Shown here one piece after another: positions 12,135 to 25,555 of a DNA stretch of 64,000 nt. Under the pieces are notes generated by a model, which saw only the letters and a list, made by a program, of their open reading frames with translations, was not told where the DNA came from and did not search any database. Each line of letters starts with the position of its first letter. The first letter of the stretch is position 1. Position numbers and translations under genes: made by a program. Origin of the DNA: Eledone cirrhosa (lineage: Eukaryota); NCBI GenBank assembly GCA_964016885.1, contig OZ024741.1, forward strand, positions 206,088,001 through 206,152,000. Reading direction: 5' to 3'.

Positions 12135-12245
12135 AACGGGAGATAAAGTGTCTTACTCAAGGAAACAACGAGTCGTCGGGAATCGAACTTACGGTATTTC
12201 AATCGTGAGCCGAACATTAAAACACTAAGCTATGTGCCTTCACTG
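12135..12245 (-). mobile_element. tRNA-derived SINE fragment
   Basis: Minus-strand B-box GTTCGATTCCC followed by TCCTTGAGTAAGACACTTTAT, as in 39055-39281. Confidence 0.6.
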
Positions 12246-12805
12246 CGAGAACGATATGATCAATTAAAACGGAATCCCTTGGAAGTGGTACGTTAACAAT
12301 CCAAGGACTGATATCAGTAAAACTGCAAAAGAATAAGGCATTAACAACAGCGAAAAAAAAATAGAAACTGTATACCTAAAAAAGAATGAAAATAATAGAT
12401 AGGGCACATTTTTTAAATATAAATAAGCGAACACACTGGCAGTTAAGAAATTGTTGTTTAACTTTCTATGAATCCACTCTGACTGAACAGACCTATGATT
12501 AACGGAAATCCAGCTTATATTGAAGACAAGAGAATATGAACTTTGGAATGTTTAGCAGCTATTTATACCAAGTTAAACAACCAAGATGACGCTGCCACCC
12601 TGGTTAAAAGATGTATGTATTCCTATTCCCCAAATCGAAACCTAGTCAAGGTTGTTTCATTTAATGTATTAATAAAATTAGGATGGTGAGGATTGTCTGT
12701 TTTATTTCGCGGTCTGTGGAAAATGGTATTGAGAATTTTAACAGACAAAATAAATTTTGCAGCCACTGCACTACCAATTTGGAAATGTAGTTTGCTATGT
12801 TATAA

Positions 12806-12863
<58 letters not shown>

Positions 12864-12869
12864 ATATAC

Positions 12870-13345
12870 ATATTCCTGATGAAGAACTTATGTCTGAAAC
12901 GTCAAACCACTTCCATCAAGCGCGAACCTAATATAACTGTGTACAATTGCCTCCTGTGTTTTGTTCGTTCATTTTCAACAAATTGTGATATTTTGCATTT
13001 TCGCAATATTATACACAACTGAATTCATTCGCCTAATATAGGTGTTGCCTCCCTTGCTGAACCCCACGTGGGGTCAGTTACAGATACATTTATGTGGGCA
13101 TTCGAACTGAATCCCGTTGACAGCGCGTACTCCCAGTTCAGTCATAGTACCAGAAGCCTAACATCCTTTATGTAAGTGGACAGTAAATGACGTATGGAGC
13201 CGCAGAAACTCAAATACTGGATTTTACCATCTCTCCAGGGGTCCGGGTAAATTTTCAACCATATATGTTTTTATATATTTTTATATTTGTATATCTGTTT
13301 GACCCGAATTAGGCGGTCGATTTTTCGCTGTGCGGATGATTAGTT
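12870..13345 (+). mobile_element. Non-autonomous element: HHR-like motif (12876-12903) followed by structured domain copy B (13019-13341)
   Basis: CTGATGA-AGA..TCT-GAAACGTC; downstream blocks homologous to 4502-4825. Confidence 0.6.
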
Positions 13346-13369
13346 TAACCAGTTTTTACTGGTTAAACT

Positions 13370-14178
13370 AATCAGAGGATGCTCTGAAACTCCCGCACTC
13401 CCTTCCCTCCGGTGAAACTCTCGTGGTATCTAACAACATCAGAGACGTGGACAGCAACATAAGCTGGGCCACGCATATAAGCAGCAAAGTTGACATGGCC
13501 CGCAGAATGTTTTCCTGGATCCTCAGTCGAGAGATTCCCACACCATTATCCTTCTCTTCTTCACTTTTGCCCGACCACACCTTGAATACTGTTGTCCACT
13601 GTGGTCTCCCCACACGAAACAAAGTATCATGAAACTTGAAGCTTCCCAAAGGGCAATCACGAAAAAGATAGATGGCATGTCAGACCTTGACTACTGGGGT
13701 CGACTAGAAAAGCTGAAACTTTACTCACTCCAACGTCGCCGTGAGCGTTATATTATCTGCATGATGTGGAAAATGTTTCATCAGCACTGCCCAAATGATG
13801 TTGGCATCACCTTCAAAATACACCCAAGCCTTGGGCCCCGTGCTATCCGTCCCAAACAAAAATCTTAATCGCAACTCATAACAACAATACGGCACAATTA
13901 TTTCACCTCAATTGGCCCTGCTCTCTTCAACATCACACCAGGACACGTCAAAACAGAAACTGACCACACACAATTCAAGAAGTCTTTGGACAAATTCCTC
14001 CAAGTAATCCCGGACAAACCACCCACACCCGGATATGTCTCCGCAAACAGTAATTCTCTTCTCGAATGGGCCATGGTGCCCAAATCCTGAATTAAAAGAC
14101 TTCGCCAGGTGGTGCTATTAAGTTAGATGTGGCCTGGCCAATACTGGCCAAAACATTTCAAAGTTATTCAAAGTTAAG

Positions 14179-14180
<2 letters not shown>
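13370..14180 (+). mobile_element. 3' fragment of CR1/L2-group LINE
   Basis: RPHLEYC-like region, LEASQRAITKKIDGMSDLDYWGRLEKLKLYSLQRRRERY, FKKSLDKFL; CAAAGTTA tail repeat before (TA)n. Confidence 0.8.
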
Positions 14181-14263
<83 letters not shown>

Positions 14264-14293
14264 CATATATATATATATACATATATACATATG

Positions 14294-14324
<31 letters not shown>

Positions 14325-14431
14325 GAATATATATATATATGTATATATATATACATATATATATATATACATATATATATATGTACATATATATATATAC
14401 ATATATATATATACATATATATATATACATA

Positions 14432-16377
14432 TATGAAGACAAACATAGAATATTCGAAAATATTCTGTATGTTTATAATAAACATTTTGAAGACCCAATC
14501 GCTATAGAATAGAATACGTCACGTATTACAATTTGAGATTCTCGATAAAAGCAAGGGAAGTAACCTACGCGTTTCATTCTTATTAGAAATCATCAGGATT
14601 ACATATCCAATGCTTTTATCGAGAACGACACAGCTAGAGACTTATAGAATACTTAGCTGTGTACAGGAACTGGTTTGAAAGAGCGGCAGCCGGTCCGGCA
14701 GAAATTAAAATTTGGATATAATGCTCTGAAATAGCGATATATATGTGAAGACAAACATAGAATATTCGAAAATATTCTGTATGTTTATAATAAACATTTT
14801 GAAGACCCAATCGCTATAGAATAGAATACGTCACGTATTACAATTTGAGATTCTCGATAAAAGCAAGGGAAGTAACCTACGCGTTTCATTCTTATTAGAA
14901 ATCATCAGGATTACATATCCAATGCTTTTATCGAGAACGACACAGCTAGAGACTTATAGAATACTTAGCTGTGTACAGGAACTGGTTTGAAAGAGCGGTA
15001 GCCGGTCCGGCAGAAATTAGAATTTGGATATAATGCTCTGAAATAGCGATATATATGTGAAGACAAACAGAATATTCGAAAATATTCTGTATGTTTATAA
15101 TAAACATTTTGAAGACCCAATCGCTATAGAATAGAATACGTCACGTATTACAATTTGAGATTCTCCAAACCAGTTCCTGTACACAGCTAAGTATTCTATA
15201 AGTCTCTAGCTGTGTCGTTCTCGATAAAAGCATTGGATATGTAATCCTGATGATTTCTAATAAGAATGAAACGCGTAGGTTACTTCCCTTGCTTTTATCG
15301 AGAATCTCAAATTGTAATACGTGACGTATTCTATTCTATAGCGATTGGGTCTTCAAAATGTTTATTATAAACATACAGAATATTTTCGAATATTCTATGT
15401 TTGTCTTCACATATATATCGCTATTTCAGAGCATTATATCCAAATTCTAATTTCTGCCGGACCGGCTACCGCTCTTTCAAACCAGTTCCTGTACACAGCT
15501 AAGTATTCTATAAGTCTCTAGCTGTGTCGTTCTCGATAAAAGCATTGGATATGTAATCCTGATGATTTCTAATAAGAATGAAACGCGTAGGTTACTTCCC
15601 TTGCTTTTATCGAGAATCTCAAATTGTAATACGTGACGTATTCTATTCTATAGCGATTGGGTCTTCAAAATGTTTATTATAAACATACAGAATATTTTCG
15701 AATATTCTATGTTTGTTTTCACATATATATCGCTATTTCAGAGCATTATATCCAAATTCTAATTTCTGCCGGACCGGCTACCGCTCTTTCAAACCAGTTC
15801 CTGTACACAGCTAAGTATTCTAAAAGTCTCTAGCTGTGTCGTTCTCGATAAAAGCATTGGATATTTAATCCTGATGATTTCTAATAAGAATGAAACGCGT
15901 AGGTTACTTCCCTTGCTTTTATCGAGAATCTCAAATTGTAATACGTGACGTATTCTATTCTATAGCGATTGGGTCTTCAAAATGTTTATTATAAACATAC
16001 AGAATATTTTCGAATATTCTATGTTTGTCTTCACATATATATCGCTATTTCAGAGCATTATATCCAAATTCTAATTTCTGCCGGACCGGCTACCGCTCTT
16101 TCAAACCAGTTCCTGTACACAGCTAAGTATTCTATAAGTCTCTAGCTGTGTCGTTCTCGATAAAAGCATTGGATATGTAATCCTGATGATTTCTAATAAG
16201 AATGAAACGCGTAGGTTACTTCCCTTGCTTTTATCGAGAATCTCAAATTGTAATACGTGACGTATTCTATTCTATAGCGATTGGGTCTTCAAAATGTTTA
16301 TTATAAACATACAGAATATTTTCGAATATTCTATGTTTGTCTTCACATATATATCGCTATTTCAGAGCATTATATCC
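14432..16377. repeat. 312-bp tandem array with one HHR per unit (retrozyme-like); ~2.3 minus-strand units then ~3.9 plus-strand units, inversion at 15165/15166
   Basis: Unit landmarks at 14435/14747/15059 and 15241/15553/15865/16177; near-identical units; long (TA)n flanks. Confidence 0.93.
15241..15283 (+). ncRNA. Type-I hammerhead ribozyme (also at 15553, 15865, 16177 on +; 14560-14602 and 14872-14914 on -)
   Basis: GTAATC-CTGATGA-tTTCT aata AGAAt-GAAAC-GC-GTA-GGTTAC; stem I extended by TCTCGATAAAAGCA/TGCTTTTATCGAGA. Confidence 0.9.
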
Positions 16378-17505
<1,128 letters not shown>

Positions 17506-17703
17506 GCATATATATATACATACATATATACATACATATACATATACATATATATATACATACATATATATATACATATATATATACATACATATATATA
17601 TACATATACATATATATATACATATATATATACATATATATATATACATACATCTATATACACATACCTATATACATATATCTATATACACATATATATA
17701 CAC

Positions 17704-17734
<31 letters not shown>

Positions 17735-17862
17735 CATATATATATATACATATATATATATACATATATATATATACATATATATATATACATATATATA
17801 TATATACATATATATATATACATATATATATACACACATATATATACATATATATACATACA

Positions 17863-17894
<32 letters not shown>

Positions 17895-17962
17895 CATATA
17901 TACATACATATATATATATACATATATATACAATATATATATATATATATATATATACATAC

Positions 17963-18154
17963 ATAGGAACAAGTAAGACCCCGACGGCTGAGCTCAAGCC
18001 GTTTCGACGGCTAATTCTGGACTGAATTAGCCGTCGAAACGGCTTGAGCTCAGCCGTCGGGGTCTTACTTGTTCCTATTACCCACTCTACTACCCTAAGT
18101 ATTGAGTACTTTGGTGCGTTATGGTCCACCTGGTTCCTTACCACATTTCCTTCG

Positions 18155-18156
<2 letters not shown>
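17963..18156 (+). mobile_element. Fold-back mini-element from the 3' end of the 26-29.7 kb PLE family
   Basis: 55-bp perfect arms around TGGACT (17963-18078); 18024-18156 matches 29613-29743; embedded in (TA)n. Confidence 0.9.
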
Positions 18157-18241
<85 letters not shown>

Positions 18242-18258
18242 TACATACATATATATAC

Positions 18259-18373
<115 letters not shown>

Positions 18374-18484
18374 CATATTAGTAAATTTGTATTCCAATGT
18401 TACTAAGTAGTTGCATTGGATGGAGTCAACCGACGTCGGAGATTGCTCAACGTATAATAAAGTGTGTTTTAAGATCCGGAGAAA

Positions 18485-20118
18485 ATATGGAGAAGTTTAT
18501 GAAACGGAAATGCGGGTATAAATAATTTATTAGGTAACAATTGTTTCTATAGTGTATGGGTTACCTATACCTATCCATAAGGATCTCCCGACTGTCGTCT
18601 AATTTGCAGACCTTCAACGAGCATGCTGAATATTATAATGACGCACTTAGAAAAGCTGGTTACTGCGAGAAAATAGAAAATCTAGACGATAACCACATAA
18701 GTACTATGAATAAAACACATCTAAGTCGAACTAGTATTGCACCACACACACACACATCAATAGGCATACTAATAGGTGCAAACCAGCAAATAGAGTCAGA
18801 CGTAGAGAGTACATATGGTATAACCACGTGTACAATATTTCTATTAGCACTAAAATTATATCACAATTCTATACACTAATCAATAAACACTTTACAACTT
18901 CATATAAATACTATAAAATCTTTAACTCGCGCACTATTAGACTCTCATACTCCACTGCACCTAACATAGAACAACTAATTAAAAAACTCAACTCAGCAAT
19001 ACTAAATAAGTACATCCCTAATGACTCAGCGCACCAGCATAGCAACATACAACACACTAACACGTAACTACAACCCCACCAAACCATCCAGGATACTACT
19101 GCAGAACCTAAAAATAATTGTAACTGCACCAAACCAGGTACGTGCCCACTGAATAACCAGTGCCTAGCACGCAATATTGTCTAGCGATGTACAATAAATT
19201 CCGGAACCAACAAATGGTATTACGTCGGATGTACCGCAACTTCTTTCAAAGATCGCCTATACCAACATCGATCTTCGATCAGGCACGAGAAAATGCGCTC
19301 CGTAACAACCCTCGCCGATAAAGCCTGGCAGCTCCGGAGGAACAATCAAGCATTCTCCCTTGATTGGCAAATTATTTCAGCTGCGCCTGCATATAAGCAA
19401 AATCATCGATTCTGTAAATTATGCAATATGGAGATATACTGCATTTTAACGTCGGTAAACAAACTTTTGAACAGCAAAATTGAACGTTCACTGTATTGTA
19501 ACCATCGTTTGAAAACGACTTTTTCTGTTTTTAAATGCATGTAATGTTACCTTTTTACACCACCGTTTGCAAATTTCTGTTTTATATGTTTATACACAAG
19601 ATATGGCTTTCTATAATAATAGTACTAAACACTGTTTTCTGGACCCCTTTAGAAATAACCTGCTACTATAATAGCCCCAATAACTTGTCTGTAACTCTGT
19701 ACCACTTTGACCCCTTTAACTAAATTTTGTCCAAACAACACCACTAGAAAAATTTACTTCCCCCGCCAACCCTAACATGCCTCATTAAGCTAACTGCTGC
19801 CAAAACTTTCTCTCCTTACAATCTCTACTAGTCTGACAGTCTTAAATCCTAGGACTCCCTCCCCCTTACTCACTTCCCTCTTCCCCTTCTCTTCCTACCT
19901 CCTTCTTTCTCTTTTATCTAGTGTATGAAATATTTTCATATCATTCCAATACAAAGGTCTGACGACATGGTGTGTTTGCTTGCAGTGTACCTTCGGTTTA
20001 TGATAATATTTTTATATTATTCAAATAGCGAGGTATAGGTAACCCATACACTATAGAAACAATTGTTACCTAATAAATTCTTTATACCCGCATTTCCGTT
20101 TCATAAACTTCTTCTCTA
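18485..20118 (+). mobile_element. 5'-truncated Nematis-type PLE with short inverted 5' pLTR copy
   Basis: SIRISRLSS..YYNDAL, LSYSTAPN, CNC..CPL..C knuckle, YYVGCT..FKDRLYQH (GIY-YIG), decayed; ~18490-18572 is the reverse complement of ~20031-20113. Confidence 0.88.
19955..20071 (+). ncRNA. Type-I hammerhead ribozyme with extended, branched stem II
   Basis: AGGT-CTGACGA-CATGGTGTGT...ATACACTATA-GAAAC-AATT-GTT-ACCT-AATAAA. Confidence 0.82.
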
Positions 20119-20229
20119 TATATATATACATATATATATATACATATATATATATATACATATATATATACATATATATAAATATACATATATATATATA
20201 CATATATATATACATATATATAAATATAC

Positions 20230-20282
<53 letters not shown>

Positions 20283-20314
20283 CATATAAATATAAATGTA
20301 TACATATATATACA

Positions 20315-20358
<44 letters not shown>

Positions 20359-20393
20359 TGTGAGAAAAACCACAGACCCTCCATCTCAACTCA

Positions 20394-20431
20394 CCTTTTG
20401 AAAAGCAGAAGAACTGCGAAACCGGTAAAGG
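20394..20431 (+). ncRNA. Minimal type-I hammerhead ribozyme, U3-A8 core variant, in a ~210-bp element (20360-20568) between (TA)n tracts
   Basis: CCTT-TTGAAAA-GCAG aagaa CTGC-GAAAC-CG-GTA-AAGG then AATAAA. Confidence 0.8.
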
Positions 20432-20562
20432 AACCAAATAAATATATATATTTCTTTTAAAAATAAGACTTCAGTTGCATTTTCGATTTCATCTCTTTTT
20501 CTTTATACTTTCACTCGTGTAGGACACCTCGGTTATTTTTCATTTTGTAAAAAAAAACTCAC

Positions 20563-20634
<72 letters not shown>

Positions 20635-20637
20635 CCA

Positions 20638-20670
<33 letters not shown>

Positions 20671-20737
20671 AGACATATACTGGAACAAATATACAAATGT
20701 ATGAATAACATCAAATACAATTCAGTGCATATGGTAC

Positions 20738-21065
20738 CTTAAAGTTGGCTGATCTAAATATTCCCAAGTCATAATAGTAAACAATGGTGTCCAACAAATG
20801 AAGAACTCTAAGACCACAACAAAAAGCATCTTGATAACTCGTTTCTTGTTTTTTAGGCTGCGCTCTTGTTGAACTTGTTGAATAGATAAATTCTCTGCGG
20901 TTTGGAAGCTGACGCTGCGGTTTGTACTGTGATGAGTTCGATTCTCAGAAGAGTTGTAACTATCATTTATGCTGTTGGAACTGGCATTTGTCAGTTCAGT
21001 AGTTGAAGAAGACTCCTGTTTCCGCTGTGTTGGTTCATTTCTACTTTTGCTTTTGGATTTGTTTC
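20738..21065 (-). CDS. CCKR: Internal exon of a cholecystokinin/sulfakinin-type class A GPCR (ICL3-TM6-ECL3)
   Basis: Acceptor ttttttatttctctacAG, donor AAG/GTacca; 328 bp open frame ending ...SLKNKKRVIKMLFVVVLEFFICWTPLFTIMTWEYLDQPTL, the KKRV.KMLFV.VLEFFICWTP motif of CCK/sulfakinin receptors. Confidence 0.88.
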
Positions 21066-21917
21066 CTGTAGAGAAATAAAAAAAATAGGACGAAAAATAT
21101 CATGTACAGAGAAGTGAGATTCCATAAAATGCAAACTACATATAACAATAACACCAATTGTAATAACTAGTTATTATGATAATACAAAACACCAACAAAT
21201 GTCAAAAACGAAAGGTCTGCACTTTACAGCAATCCCTGAGAAAATTCTACACAAAACCCCGACTTACTCTGTCACACCAAGGGTATTGAAAGTACTCTCT
21301 CACGTTCCTTTCCTCCTGCTTAGAAAAATATAATCGAAGTAGTTTTATTCAGCCAGGTCAATCTTGCCGATTTCGCCCATCTTCTGAAAACTACACTAAA
21401 CGGCAGCATCTCCCTATCTATCCCCACCTCCCCCCTAAATTTGTACTCAAAATCTTCAGCTCTGTGTTCAGTAGAGTTACGGGTTTGAAGTTCTCTATCT
21501 CGTCACTCTTTATTCGGCTCCATTCTTAGCAGTTACCACTCCTCAGCTCACACAACTGGGTATATTTCCAGTCTACTGTCCGCTGCAACAGACGACTACC
21601 AAAACAGGTAGTGACTTGATTTTATATCAAGTGTGTTCAATCAAGACTGCTCAGTAACTAAACAACAACAACAGTTTCAACAAATACTACTACAATTTTC
21701 TTTTAATTCTGGTATACCAATAAGCTACTTTATTAAAATTATATATACATAAAAGCTAAGATATCTTTACAGTCACTGCAGATTCCCTTAAAGAATGATT
21801 AGTGACAGATTTACATAGCTGACTTCGTTTGCCTTGCATGAATAGATTTACCTCAATTCAAATCAGAGATCTGTTTTGAAGTAGCATTTAATATATTGAG
21901 ACTGCGTCACTGAGCTG

Positions 21918-22315
<398 letters not shown>

Positions 22316-24264
22316 AGAGTTAAGATAGATAGATGGATGGATAGATAGATAGACAGACAGGCAGATAACAAGATAGATACTAATCGAGCTCTTATAGATA
22401 GATATAGATAGTTATGAGAGAGAAAGTGGAAATAGATGAATATATAGGAGTATGAAATTACAGATAGAGACAAAGACAAGGCAGTTAAAATGAGATAGAA
22501 AGACAGAAACTGTTAAGATGGGATAGATACATGGATACATAGATAAGAGAGTAAGGGGGAAGTATAGAGAGGCAAGAGAATGAAAATTTACCCACACACA
22601 CGCCCCCCCCCCCACACATATATATATATAACATATGAAAGAGAGTTGTATTGAGATAGACACAGGTAAGAACGTAAATGTCTTTATGCTTTCTGATTTT
22701 ACTGTCAAACATTTGGCAGTCTCTGACAATCATCCTTCCTTTGATGCCACATAAGAGGATATAATGAGAGTTGGTGGCTTAATTCCTTCAGTTATATTTC
22801 TCAATCAACTATTCATTCATTCTAAGAGATTATATTCGAAGAGCTTACATCTAAACATTTAAGTGGAACAGAAATAGGCTGAACAGCGATGCTAGAAATA
22901 AAACCATTGATCCAAGGTCAAGGACGTAAATGTTGTAACCATTGCTGCTTGGCTTCCACCACATCAACTCTGATCGAGGAAAACTACAATCAAAGACGTT
23001 AATGCAATGGGAATTCTGCCCTTCTCTTCATAAATTTAGAACTACATAGTCTAATGAGAGTTCTCTTTTCTTTAGACGATAAGTTCGTATATAAGTTAAC
23101 TTTAGTTGGCATTTCTAGTTGATCACACGACCACAAAATGTACCCCCATTTGCCGTTCTTGTTGGTGGAGAGTAAAATTTTAAAACTGAAGTAGTTTAAG
23201 TATTTATATTGATATAAAGACCAAAAAATAAGAAAAAAAGAAGTACAATTCACCCAATATGTATAAAAGGCAACTTAGCGTGGCTTCATTCTCTTGTATT
23301 CATGAGTCATGGTGCAGTGACTCTTGAGAAAGCTGATGGGTATATTGTATTCACTTAAACTGGACCCCCACGAAAGGTGTAATTCCTAGCTAGGTTATTA
23401 CAGACATTGTTGATTGGCTGTACTTCCCAAGAATACTGAGGAACATCGCTAACCTTTGTAAATCTATCAGTTAGATTCTGAAAACAGAAAAGGAAACGAA
23501 CAACCACAAATTTCATTGCAATAAAGATTTAAAAGAATATGTAAAATTTTCATTGCTACTAAGACACGATGATCCTCGTTTGGGCAAGATTGCTGTGAAA
23601 TAACCCAGTCCTTCAGTTTCCTCTGCCGAAAGTAAAAGAGTTTTCAACACAGGAGGAATTAATTTTAGAATTTACGAGTTCTTAAATTTGATTCTTAAAT
23701 TCTATTTACTGGTTGAATAAGGAATCATTCTCACAGAATTTTTTTAATACGTTTATATAAACATATATTCGGAAACTTTATGATCTTTAAACTAATCCAT
23801 TCAAAGATCAACTAAATACATGCACTCTTAGATGGGTAGGAAGATCTTTCTTCTAACTTGACATACTTTAGCCTATAGGAGTTTTCACACATTGGGCAGT
23901 CCCAAGTAATTTGTAGTTTTGTAGATCAGCACGTTTGCGGACTAGGATAAAATGTTTCTTATGGAATTTTACATGTTGCTTCCTGTGTGTTTGCCGAATT
24001 TTGATTGTCACCCATAGTTCTCTTGTTCAAGCATAGGTGCCTATCAATAATTGTTTCTACTATCTATCAATAATAACAGTAAAAAAGAAAAAAATCAAAC
24101 AAACAAGCAAAAAAGGCCGGTTATCAAAACCGAGTTATCAGCAAAAAACAAAAAACCGATATGGATTAATCGGCAAAATGGTCGATATGGCTAATATCGA
24201 TTATTCATTACCCCCCCCCACACACACACATATACATATATATAAATATATGTGTGTGTGTTAC

Positions 24265-24750
24265 TATTTGTTGACCTAAATAAAGCTTTTGACCGAGTCC
24301 CCCGCTCTGTAATCTTGTGGTCACTTACGAAACTAGAGGTAGAAGAGTAGCTTGTGGGGGCAGTACAGCCATGTACAGAGGTGCAGTCTTACCATTCTCC
24401 GGGGAAACGCCTTCTCCATTCTGTCCGACGGGGCTGTGGGGAGGCCAACACATGGGACCCCATTTTCTCACCATACGGAGAGATGGGGAGGGCGAGAGAG
24501 ATGGAGGCGATGACAGTGGGGGTTCGGCTCTTCCACGTTCGGACCATATCCTTGTGGTTGTGTTCATCAAACCCTAGTGCAGTAATGATTCATTAACTGT
24601 TAACATCATTATAGCATAAGGATGCTATAATGAAGTTCATTTTTAATATCCTTCAGGTTACAATTAATAATGACTTGAGTGAGGAATTTAAAGTGCAAGT
24701 CGCGGTTCACCAGGGCTCCGATCTTAGCTGTTTACTCTTTATTATTCAAT
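24265..24750 (+). mobile_element. Old RTE-type RT fragments split by an unrelated insertion
   Basis: FVDLNKAFDRVPR and FKVQVAVHQGSDLSCLLFII motifs. Confidence 0.65.
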
Positions 24751-24840
24751 GCGAAATTTTGCGACTCCAGAAGCTTCTTTATTTGTTTAATCGAACATTC
24801 ACCAATACAGACAATCGCACACAAATATGTGTGTGCTTCC

Positions 24841-25555
24841 TGTAACTCCTGATAGAGTCGTAGGGACGCCGTATTGACATACGGTGTTTCTGGGGTATTT
24901 TAAACCTGTTGGAGCCCATCCCTCTCGAGGTGTGAGTAGAGCAGATTTCTTCCAGAGAAAGATAGAAAGTTAGAGAGAGGAAATGAGAAAGAGATATAGA
25001 GGAAGACTCGACTCCAGTTTTAGACTGCTACTTTTTTATAGACCTCGAAAGCTAAACTCGGCGGGATTTGAACTCAGAACATAAAGGGTCGCTACTATAT
25101 GGAGCAAAACATGTCTGACGCTCTACCGATTCTGTCATTACACCTCCCTAAGAAACTTCAACAATAATAAAATAAATAGAATAGAAAATAAATGCAATAA
25201 GACAAGAAATTTAACTAACTGTACAATGTATGTATGGTCCCGTGACTCCTGATAGAGTCGTGGGGGCGCCGTATTAACATACGGCGTTTCTTGGGCATTT
25301 TAAGCCTGGTGGAGCCCATCCCTCTCCAGGCCTGACTACACCAGATTTCTTACAGAGATAGAAAGTGAGAGAGAGAGGAAATAAGGAAGATATATAGAGG
25401 AAGAATCGACCCAGTACTAGACTGGTACTTTTTTTATCGACCTAGAAAGGTTGAAAGGCAAAGTTGACCTCGGCAGGATTTGAACTTAGAGAGCCGGAAC
25501 AAATATCATAAAGCATTCTATCTGACGTTCTAACGACTCTGTCAACTCACCGCCT
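24841..25555. repeat. Diverged ~400-bp tandem duplication, each unit with a minus-strand tRNA-derived SINE
   Basis: actcctgatagagtcgt at ~24845 and ~25245; ggatttgaact B-box in both units. Confidence 0.75.

Noticed and set aside
13019-13341. RNase P/MRP RNA-like motifs (AGAAGCCTAA, CAGAAAC, ACCCGAATTAGGC)
   Set aside because: The P4-like pairing is not preserved in copy A and spacing does not fit; needs cmscan
14432-16377. CRISPR array or ordinary satellite
   Set aside because: No unique spacers and a eukaryotic context; the HHR per unit and the inversion fit a retrozyme better
23360-23478. Strong minus-strand acceptor (ccttttctgttttcag) as another GPCR exon
   Set aside because: All frames hit stops and show no TM similarity
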